Assembly (NCBI GenBank): GCA_003707115.1
Contig: PPNB01000014.1
Location: 186,001 to 210,220, forward strand
DNA: 24,220 bases
Direction: 5' to 3'
Source: Tortispora ganteri
Taxonomy: Eukaryota
The stretch's first letter is position 1. Each line of letters begins with the position of its first letter. Position numbers and translations under genes: made by a program. Below, piece after piece: positions 9,751 to 17,526 of the stretch. The notes beneath the pieces were generated by a model, which did not search any database, was not told the origin of the DNA, and saw nothing but the letters and a program-made list of their open reading frames with translations.

Positions 9751-11271
9751 TCATAGTGAGCCGCAATACGGACTGCTTGCTCTAATTCTTTTTCCAAAAA
9801 AGAAGAAAACGAAAGGAACTGCAGCAACTAGAAGAGAGATCGATGCGAGAATAGTTGTAGCGATCGAGCTTCCAAGGTTATGATACATTGTGGCAGCAAA
9901 CAGCGGAAATACAGCGCCAAAAATTGACCTAAATACAGCATTAGCGCCTAACGCAGAGGCGGAAAACACACCATAGGCGTCTATGAGGTATGCGCTGGAG
10001 TATATGTAAGTAGTGGTGTTGGAGAAACCGAAGGGGATACCCGCAATAATTGGTACGATCCAATGGACCGAAGGTTGTGATGTCCAGGCAAACCAATACA
10101 GAGAAATAGGTGCAAGTAGCGCCGTAAAGAGTACTGGGTACAGGCGCGCTTCAGGCGGCCGCATGCCCGACTCAGGATTTACGGGGATACGCATGTATAA
10201 TTTCTTCATAATAGGGTTGCACAGGAAACAGAGTGCTAGACCAGTACCAACACCTAAAAATGACAGGCCCACAAAGCCCGCGGACCAGTGGCGGTACTCG
10301 CCAAACACTATCGGGTATGCAACAAAAGATAGGTAGAAAATACCATAAACGGTGGCTACCCACAGCGCAAAAAAAATGGAAATAGGTTCCAAGAGCAGGA
10401 ACATGATCGGCCGTGCAATGTAAAGTCTGAGTCGCTCGGCGTTTGATTTATTATCTCGCGTTTTGTCAAAGACGGAGTAATATCGAGGGTCACCAGTCTG
10501 CTTGATAATGCGGAGCTTTTTACGCTCGATTAGCGTTGGTGCATAAGTCTCTTTCATGACAAAATAAAAAAGAATAGTAAGCGCAAAAGTAGCTATAGCA
10601 ATGATCCAGACCATCCAGCGCCAACCAAGTGCCTCGAAGACGAAACCGCCATAGATTGGGCCAATCACAGGACCAAGGAGCGGACAGATGAAATAAATGT
10701 TTACTGCGAGGTGACGATGTTCGGGTCCAAAGGTATCTGAGATAGTCGCACCACCATTAGTAATGCAACAGGAGCCAAAAAACCCGGCAAAGAATCTGAA
10801 AACGCATAGAAGGGCAAAATTCGGAGCCAATGCGACCGGAATGAAGCAGAGAACTAAAGCCACAGAAGTGAACATGTACACAGGCCGCCGGCCATAGATC
10901 TCAGAAAGCGGTGCAAATATTAGTGTACCTACGGCAATACCAAGCATATAGAGAGTGAGTCCGAGCGTTAATACAGTCGTAGAATGGATATCAAAATCAG
11001 CGGCCAGGCCAGTAAGGCCTGACTGGAAAGATGTGGAGTAGAGTACCACAAGGAAGTTCATAAATGAAACTGCTATTAACATAGACCATTTGAGCCATAA
11101 TGGGAAATTCAGCGGATTTTCAGGATCATTAAGACCTGAAAAGTCGACAAGAAACGGGTCGTCTGACGACGACGAGAATGATTTCTCTATATCGTTGCTA
11201 AATGAGGGTTGATGATCTGGTGTCAAAGCACGGGGCTCCTCGTATACTATTTGTTGCGCTTCTGCTTCCAT
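9751..11271 (-). CDS. MFS transporter, DHA1 drug:H+ antiporter family (Tpo/Flr1-like)
   Basis: 506 aa with about 12 hydrophobic segments; DPENPLNF, APLSEIYGRRPVY, GPVIGPIYGG, WRW, ETYAP and PEARL motifs. Confidence 0.9.
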   Translation of the reverse strand: MEAEAQQIVYEEPRALTPDHQPSFSNDIEKSFSSSSDDPFLVDFSGLNDPENPLNFPLWLKWSMLIAVSFMNFLVVLYSTSFQSGLTGLAADFDIHSTTVLTLGLTLYMLGIAVGTLIFAPLSEIYGRRPVYMFTSVALVLCFIPVALAPNFALLCVFRFFAGFFGSCCITNGGATISDTFGPEHRHLAVNIYFICPLLGPVIGPIYGGFVFEALGWRWMVWIIAIATFALTILFYFVMKETYAPTLIERKKLRIIKQTGDPRYYSVFDKTRDNKSNAERLRLYIARPIMFLLLEPISIFFALWVATVYGIFYLSFVAYPIVFGEYRHWSAGFVGLSFLGVGTGLALCFLCNPIMKKLYMRIPVNPESGMRPPEARLYPVLFTALLAPISLYWFAWTSQPSVHWIVPIIAGIPFGFSNTTTYIYSSAYLIDAYGVFSASALGANAVFRSIFGAVFPLFAATMYHNLGSSIATTILASISLLVAAVPFVFFFFGKRIRASSPYCGSL

Positions 11272-11344
11272 AAACTTTTGCTGATAGCTAGCGCAATGCG
11301 CATGTTGAGCTTACTAAGAAAAGACAATGCATTGCGGTCTCTTC

Positions 11345-11355
11345 ATATATATATA
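11345..11355 (-). promoter_or_regulatory. TATA-like (AT)n element upstream of the MFS gene
   Basis: ATATATATATA about 75-85 bp upstream of the ATG at 11271. Confidence 0.45.
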
Positions 11356-11813
11356 CTGCGAGCCGCTAAAAAGTATATGCGCTAAAGTGCGGAATAGTCG
11401 AAACTTTTTCTTATTTAAAAAGTGAAGGGAAATTAAAGTTTTTTTTTTGTTATATGAACTAAATCCAGCCGCAATCACATCAATGCCAACCAATATTACG
11501 ACCTTTAAAGAAATTTAACGGCCATGGATATCTGGTTGCCAGCGTATAGATGACATCACTGGATAGTCACATTATTGGAACAATTTGTTCGATTCGATGT
11601 GCTCATAGTACCGAATAGCCGTTGCGTAAACGAGGCTGAGATGCGGAGACACAGTCACAGGTTTGCTTGGCGGTTTCGGGGTTCGCGGAAAAAGGCAAAT
11701 ACGATATACATTTAATTGAACCTCCCTTTTCTAGCAGGTTTACTTCCGCCTTTTGTTTGAGCCACAGCAACCAGCGAGCTATACCATTCCATTCAAACTT
11801 TATTTCGTCTACA

Positions 11814-12668
11814 ATGACTATCGATGACCTGGATGACAAAGTCGTAATAAAGCTCGATGATGACGCCGCTACACTAGAAGTGCTCTACCATGGTGCAAAC
11901 ATCACATCATGGAAAGTTCAAGGCAAAGAAAAGTTGTTTTTGAGCGATAAGGCTGTGCTCGATGGATCGAAAGCTGTCCGCGGTGGTATACCGCTAGTAT
12001 TTCCGCAGTTTGGCAAACCTACTACTATAGCTACAGAGAAATTACCGCAGCACGGGTTTGCTCGTCTTAGCAGATGGGAATTCCTTGGACAAACTTCATC
12101 ATCTCCTGTCGCTATTCAGTTTGGTCTTGGCCCTGAGAATGTTCCTTCATCGCTCAGAGATGCTTGGCCAGTCGACTTCACATTGATCTACACCATCACT
12201 CTCGGCAAAGATTATCTCACTACTTCAATGTCTATTGAAAACACGTCAAACAGTCCATTTGACTGCCAGTTTCTTTTCCACACCTATCTGCGTGTCCCAG
12301 ATATTGCCACAGTCAGTGTCCGTGGACTCGACAGCGTCGATTTCACAGACAAGGTCACCGGCTCGTCTCACCACTCAAACGCTGCTGACACCACAATCAC
12401 AGCCGAAGTCGATCGCATGTACAGTGCCGTCACGAAGACCGTTTCTGTCAAGACTGATAAAGCACCACTGTTTGAAATTAGCCGCGTAAATCTCCCGGAC
12501 GTCGTCCTTTGGAACCCGTGGTCAGATGTTGCACGTAACATGGCTGATTTTGCCCCCGCAGACGGCTACAAGTACATGCTCTGTGTTGAACCCGGTTACG
12601 TCGCCAAGTGGATAACTCTGAATCCTGGACAGAAGTTCGACGCCACTCAGACTATTCGTGCTCTGTAA
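11814..12668 (+). CDS. Glucose-6-phosphate 1-epimerase (aldose 1-epimerase family, YMR099C-like)
   Basis: GANITSW, AVRGGIPLVFPQFG, QHGFAR, LFHTYL, EVDRMY, VLWNPW and CVEPG motifs. Start moved from the track's TTG (11667) to the ATG at 11814 (context ACAATG). Confidence 0.92.
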   Translation: MTIDDLDDKVVIKLDDDAATLEVLYHGANITSWKVQGKEKLFLSDKAVLDGSKAVRGGIPLVFPQFGKPTTIATEKLPQHGFARLSRWEFLGQTSSSPVAIQFGLGPENVPSSLRDAWPVDFTLIYTITLGKDYLTTSMSIENTSNSPFDCQFLFHTYLRVPDIATVSVRGLDSVDFTDKVTGSSHHSNAADTTITAEVDRMYSAVTKTVSVKTDKAPLFEISRVNLPDVVLWNPWSDVARNMADFAPADGYKYMLCVEPGYVAKWITLNPGQKFDATQTIRAL

Positions 12669-12805
12669 CCGCTCTCGTCTTCGCATAAACCTTTCTATAT
12701 GTCTTGGTGTCCCACTACCCACCTCTCCACACCGACTTAGGCCCTTTTCGCATCTACTGCGCAACAGTGTAATCTGCAATACAACGCTTTCTGTAAAACA
12801 TTTTC

Positions 12806-13489
12806 ATGGCTGACGAAAGTATATCATATTCTGACGCACTGGAATATTGGTCCAATACGCCCGCTACCGTAGACGGAGTCCTTGGCGGTTTCGGAAATAC
12901 CAATGTTCCCCGAGTAGACATCATCGGATCAAAGACTTTCCTGCGTAAATACTCTAACAAATTCCCTGGTGAACTCAATGCACCAAAATATGCATGTGAT
13001 ATTGGTGCTGGAATTGGAAGAATTACAAAGAATCTGCTTATAAATGTCGCAGATAGAGTAGACTTACTGGAACCTGCGCCTAACTTCTGTGCACAGATCG
13101 AAAATGAACTCGAGGAGGCTCGCAAGATGAACAAAATCGGAGAAGTGTATCAACTAGGAATGCAGGATTTCGTGCCACAAAAGGGTAAGTACTGGTTAAT
13201 ATGGTGCCAATGGTGCCTAGGTCAGCTCCCGGACACCGAACTGGTTATGTTTCTACAGCGATGCGCTGAAGGACTACAAGAAAATGGCGCTATAATCGTC
13301 AAGGAGAACATATCTACAGCTGGTATTGATTCCTTCGATGACACAGACAGTTCAGTTACAAGAACATTAGAGTCATTTCATTCTATCTTTCAAAAAGCGG
13401 GGCTCAAAGTTGTTGCTGAAGAAATTCAACGCGGGTTCCCGGACATTCTACTGCCCGTTAAGACATTCGCGCTAGTCAAAGCCTTCTAG
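12806..13489 (+). CDS. TAE1: Alpha-N-terminal protein methyltransferase Ntm1/Tae1
   Basis: YW...VDGVLGGFG, DIGAGIGRITKNLL (SAM motif I), IWCQWCLGQL, KEN and DSSVTR motifs. Confidence 0.93.
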   Translation: MADESISYSDALEYWSNTPATVDGVLGGFGNTNVPRVDIIGSKTFLRKYSNKFPGELNAPKYACDIGAGIGRITKNLLINVADRVDLLEPAPNFCAQIENELEEARKMNKIGEVYQLGMQDFVPQKGKYWLIWCQWCLGQLPDTELVMFLQRCAEGLQENGAIIVKENISTAGIDSFDDTDSSVTRTLESFHSIFQKAGLKVVAEEIQRGFPDILLPVKTFALVKAF

Positions 13490-14896
13490 AACCACCAATA
13501 CTCCTCCTACAAGATGCAGACTTCCTGTTACAAATACTTGTGCACTATCTGCGGTTGATTCACTCACTAGATGCAATGCTTCCTCTATACTGCTAGCAAC
13601 GACAGGTTGAGCGCGACCGCCGAGCTCAATCCAAAGACTTGCAAGCTGTTTTTGCACAGAGAGGGTTTCCACTTCTGATTTTGATGTGTTTAAGGAAGTC
13701 AGTTCCGGGTGGTATGTACCTGAATTGAACGTCACATTCGTGCTGAAGATCACGTGGTCCAGGTCCTGGCCTAGTTTGTCGTATATGATTTTGATAAGAC
13801 CAGAAACATCTCTTGATTGCTGATTAAATATTAGAATTTTTGGCAAATGTGAATCTATTTGGCTTCTAAACCAATCGCACGCGCCTTCGAGGCTTTCCTT
13901 AGTGTGGGCGCCGTCTATGTAATATGTTATGTCGTCCTTGTGTAGCGTTTCGCATCTTCCGCGCCATCTAGCTGAAGCAATACCTTTGAGGAACTCGCAA
14001 GGTAAGCTTTCTATTTGCATATTTGCGATCTTCGAAAGATGCGCGCGACATACTTCTATTGCGAGCGACGCGTTCTCTGCCTGCGCAGGACCTTGTATAC
14101 CCAGATCATTGTCAGATATCAGGGAATTAACAGGACATACATGGAGAATGGATCCAATTTCATTTGATCTTTGAGTTATTACATCCAATGCGGCGGCTGA
14201 TTGAGTGTCCAAGGTATACACAGGAACGCCAGGTTTCATGATACCAGCCTTATGCCAAGCGATCTGATTAATTGTATTACCGAGCACTGCGACGTGGTCT
14301 ATTCCTAGCGCTGTGATTGCACAGACTGTAGGCATATGTATCACATTTGTGGAATCGTACTCACCACCGACGCCGACCTCGTAGATGGCCGTATCGACGT
14401 TTTCGCTGAGGAAAGCATGGAACGATAGCAGCGTCAAGTAACGGAAATAGACGGGTTTGACGCCAGTTCCCATACTCGGAAATACCGAAATATCGGAGGA
14501 TGAAGATTCTAGCCTATCCCATACTTCAAAGAAATACCGCGTGAACTTGTCTTCACTGATAGGTTTGCCGTTGATAGCGATACGTTCGCGAACAGATTTC
14601 AGATGTGGTGAAGTGTAGAGTCCAATACGCTGGACATATTTTGGACGGTACTGTTCTATAATTGATTCGATATATGCGCAAGTTGAGCCTTTGCCTTTAG
14701 TACCTGAGATGTGAATGATGTTTAGCTTGTCGAAATCTTCTGTACGGTACCCGCAACGGCGGACCCATTCCTTCATTTCGGGGATCGCAAGTGCGTTCAT
14801 AGCTGCACCAGATTTGCGGATCGCATCAAGGACGGCAAAATTAGATTGCAGACCGTTTAAGCATTGTATTGCATCTGCATATGTACGTCTTGACAT
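13472..14896 (-). CDS. MET7: Folylpolyglutamate synthase
   Basis: HISGTKGKGST P-loop, YTSPHLKSVRERI, EVGVGGEYDSTN, DGAHT and VFVTGSLHLVGG. Confidence 0.93.
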   Translation of the reverse strand: MSRRTYADAIQCLNGLQSNFAVLDAIRKSGAAMNALAIPEMKEWVRRCGYRTEDFDKLNIIHISGTKGKGSTCAYIESIIEQYRPKYVQRIGLYTSPHLKSVRERIAINGKPISEDKFTRYFFEVWDRLESSSSDISVFPSMGTGVKPVYFRYLTLLSFHAFLSENVDTAIYEVGVGGEYDSTNVIHMPTVCAITALGIDHVAVLGNTINQIAWHKAGIMKPGVPVYTLDTQSAAALDVITQRSNEIGSILHVCPVNSLISDNDLGIQGPAQAENASLAIEVCRAHLSKIANMQIESLPCEFLKGIASARWRGRCETLHKDDITYYIDGAHTKESLEGACDWFRSQIDSHLPKILIFNQQSRDVSGLIKIIYDKLGQDLDHVIFSTNVTFNSGTYHPELTSLNTSKSEVETLSVQKQLASLWIELGGRAQPVVASSIEEALHLVSESTADSAQVFVTGSLHLVGGVLVVLEGFD

Positions 14897-14995
14897 GGGG
14901 TTTTTAAGGATGTTAGTGGGAAGCTTTAAGGTTCAGATGTATATAGTTTTGGAAAAAGTATAGTATTGTATGACTAATAATTGCAAGTAATTCTG

Positions 14996-16240
14996 CTAAA
15001 TCGCAATCAGTGGGTCACTTGTTAGCGCTAGACCGACTGTAAGATTAGCAATATTGTAAACAGAATAGTATTTGCGCAGGAATGCATTGCCGAGGATCAC
15101 GAGTGGACCAATAGGTGGCTTGATATCGATTTTCGTAATAGCTGAATAGCATTTTTTCTTGTGCCTGACTATATATTCATAGGGACTTAAAGAAAAGTCG
15201 TGACCATCAAGGAATATGTTTAAATCAGGTAGACTGTCTCTTTTAGAACAGTCGATACGGTACATGCCGTTTTTGTATGTTGCACCAATAATATCGTTTA
15301 TTATCTCCGCAATCTGCGATGGGAACCCCAGAAGGCTCGTTCCTGTGTCAATAACCGCACCTATAGGATTATTTAAGAAATCAATATCTAGTGAGGACTC
15401 GTTATAGAACTTATCCATATGCAGAGCGGTAAGCGGCACCTCCCAGTAACCTTCGCGGCTGACGGGGATCTCGATTATATCGCCTACGTATGCAGACTCG
15501 TCTATTGATCCAAACGTTACAAAACCGGCCTCCTTAACATCTTCGTGTCTGATGCTGAATGCGAACACAGGGTAATCGAGCGTGCCTTGCACTATGGCGT
15601 TCTGCAACGGCGGGACAGTTCGTCTCACCGACAAGTTAGGGAACCCAAGACCAAATATTCCGTCGAACTTGCCAAAAAGGAATGCGGGGCCAGGCAAGTA
15701 TGTCGCCTCGGCAAATGCCTGATCCTCAATTTGCATGTCGCCGACGCGCAGAATGTCGTGAGACACAAACCCAGACATTGATCCGCTACCGTAGTTGACG
15801 CGGATCTTAGTGCCGTTAGCACGGTATGTAGATGATTTCTTGGATGAATATTTCTTGTGAAATTTACAAGACAGTGATGTGCATTGACTGCTCGGTACCC
15901 AAAAATTCGAGCTGCCTGTATCAAAGACAACTTTGAACCGTACAGGTGGTGTGCCTAGCTCAATAATACCATAGTACTGCGCATTGATATAATTATTTAA
16001 TTCTGTCCGTTTAACTGCCGAATTGTTTTGCAAATTATTCGGCGAATTGAACTCTGTAAATTGCATTAAGTCCATCTGCTGTCCGTATTTTCGTTGCAGC
16101 CATGCAGTCTCGTGGTACAACGCGTTTGGCGTGAACGTGTTTTCGAACTTAGTCAGTTTCACGGTACCAGTGAGACATAGAGTACCTCGTGCTAAAAAAA
16201 CAATCAATTGAATAAAAATAATTACTCGATTACCTGCCAT
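14996..16240 (-). CDS. Pepsin-family (A1) aspartic endopeptidase, Pep4/cathepsin D-like, with signal peptide
   Basis: Hydrophobic N-terminus; catalytic FDTGSS and IDTGTS; flap YGSGS; FGKFDGIFGLGF; conserved Cys pairs. Divergent from canonical Pep4, so probably a paralogue. Confidence 0.88.
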   Translation of the reverse strand: MAGNRVIIFIQLIVFLARGTLCLTGTVKLTKFENTFTPNALYHETAWLQRKYGQQMDLMQFTEFNSPNNLQNNSAVKRTELNNYINAQYYGIIELGTPPVRFKVVFDTGSSNFWVPSSQCTSLSCKFHKKYSSKKSSTYRANGTKIRVNYGSGSMSGFVSHDILRVGDMQIEDQAFAEATYLPGPAFLFGKFDGIFGLGFPNLSVRRTVPPLQNAIVQGTLDYPVFAFSIRHEDVKEAGFVTFGSIDESAYVGDIIEIPVSREGYWEVPLTALHMDKFYNESSLDIDFLNNPIGAVIDTGTSLLGFPSQIAEIINDIIGATYKNGMYRIDCSKRDSLPDLNIFLDGHDFSLSPYEYIVRHKKKCYSAITKIDIKPPIGPLVILGNAFLRKYYSVYNIANLTVGLALTSDPLIAI

Positions 16241-16390
16241 GATGTTTTAAAGCACTGTTTTGCTAGCATCGTGCTGGTCATGCACGCGGCCTATATGCCA
16301 GCATATAAATGGTGATGACACAATGCAATAAGTAACACTGGCGATCATTCAGAGTAACCGATCCAAACAATCAAAATAAGTAGAATAATT

Positions 16391-16501
16391 GATACGATTA
16401 TCGGTATATCGGTATCGGCATATCGGCACCAGATATCAGCTATCTCAATCTCACGGCAATTGTGTGATTATTCTCCCGTTTAGCCGTTTATCAAGCTTAT
16501 C
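16391..16501. promoter_or_regulatory. Cluster of GATA/TATC motifs including four TATCGG repeats in the divergent protease/racemase promoter
   Basis: TATCGG at 16399, 16407, 16413 and 16421; GATA 16391; GATATC 16432; TATC 16441; TTTATC 16487; CTTATC 16496 (GATAAG on the - strand). Confidence 0.65.
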
Positions 16502-16565
16502 AGGTACATAAAAATTAAGACGAAATTTTCCTTCTCGCACCTAGACATCACCAATTTGCAATAGC

Positions 16566-17240
16566 ATGAAAATAGCCGTATTGAACCCGAATTCATCTTC
16601 TTCGATTGCAGATATTCTGCGAGAATCGACGCCTTTACCAGCAGGTGTAGAAGTTGACTTCTTGACGGGGCCTGCGACTTCCCCTGCCGAGATCAACGGC
16701 TCAGTGACGGCAGTAGAGTCGGCTGCTGCGTGCTACCCAATGCTCGTCGGACTCATTAACCAGTACGATGGATTTTTGATTGCATGTTACTCAGAACACC
16801 CGCTTGTAAATATGATGAAAGAAACAACTTCGAAACCTGTGTTGGGAATCTTCGAAGCGTCTGTGCTGCGGTCGTTGGCGCATGGCCAAAAATTCGGCAT
16901 TGTGACAACTGCACAGACTTGGGAAACGTTGTTAGATCGCGCTTTGTATTCAATGATTGGTCATCACCCGCTGTTTACAGGAACAGTAAGCTCGAAGCTC
17001 GGTGTATTGGAATGTCACGAAGCGTCGCAAGAAATTGTAAGCGCCAAGATCCAAGAAGCGGCGAAAACAGCGTACGCTAACGGAGCCCGCACTATATGCC
17101 TCGGCTGCGCAGGTATGACAGGACTTGACGTGCTAATCAAAAACGCTTTGGGTGATGATATTAAAATTGTCAACGGTGTTCAGGCCGGGATCGAAATTCT
17201 TGCAGGTATGATCAGTTCTGCCAGATGCGGTCTCGCTTGA
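16566..17240 (+). CDS. DCG1: Asp/Glu/hydantoin racemase family protein (Dcg1-like)
   Basis: LNPNSS, DGFLIACYSEHPL, KPVLGIFEAS, FGIVTT and ICLGCAGM; both catalytic cysteines present. Confidence 0.85.
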   Translation: MKIAVLNPNSSSSIADILRESTPLPAGVEVDFLTGPATSPAEINGSVTAVESAAACYPMLVGLINQYDGFLIACYSEHPLVNMMKETTSKPVLGIFEASVLRSLAHGQKFGIVTTAQTWETLLDRALYSMIGHHPLFTGTVSSKLGVLECHEASQEIVSAKIQEAAKTAYANGARTICLGCAGMTGLDVLIKNALGDDIKIVNGVQAGIEILAGMISSARCGLA

Positions 17241-17476
17241 TCACTTGACGTGCTATAGCTGCGGTCGGTGCTGCTTTGCGGTACACGATGGCTCAATTGG
17301 TGGATTGCCGATTTGTATGAGCTTTGCCTGCCGGCGATACGGCGACAAGTTTGTACTTCTTCATCTACGCCCGTACACCCACTTACATGTCCCCGCTCAT
17401 TAAGGTTCACGTTAGTATAAGGAAACGTCCAAAAGCGGCAAAAGGAGGGCAATGAGCTGCTCCTCAACTGTAACAT

Positions 17477-17500
17477 ACTATGTATATATAAATACATAGT
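17477..17500 (+). promoter_or_regulatory. TATA box (TATATAAA) inside a 9-bp inverted repeat
   Basis: ACTATGTAT-ATATAA-ATACATAGT, ending 26 bp upstream of the monooxygenase ATG. Confidence 0.5.
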
Positions 17501-17526
17501 TTTTATGCGTACATGTAGGAACCTAA

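Noticed and set aside
11311..11317. TTACTAA Yap1-type element near the DHA1 transporter
   Set aside because: Lies between the TATA-like element and the ATG, so an unlikely position for a UAS; the AT-rich 7-mer also occurs at 21603.
11667..11813. 49-codon in-frame N-terminal extension of the epimerase from a TTG
   Set aside because: It spans the probable promoter/5'UTR and homology begins at the ATG at 11814; a non-AUG isoform cannot be supported from sequence alone.
16566..17240. Bacterial horizontal origin of the racemase
   Set aside because: The ACYSEHPL motif and overall pattern match fungal Dcg1-type proteins; no operon-like signals seen.
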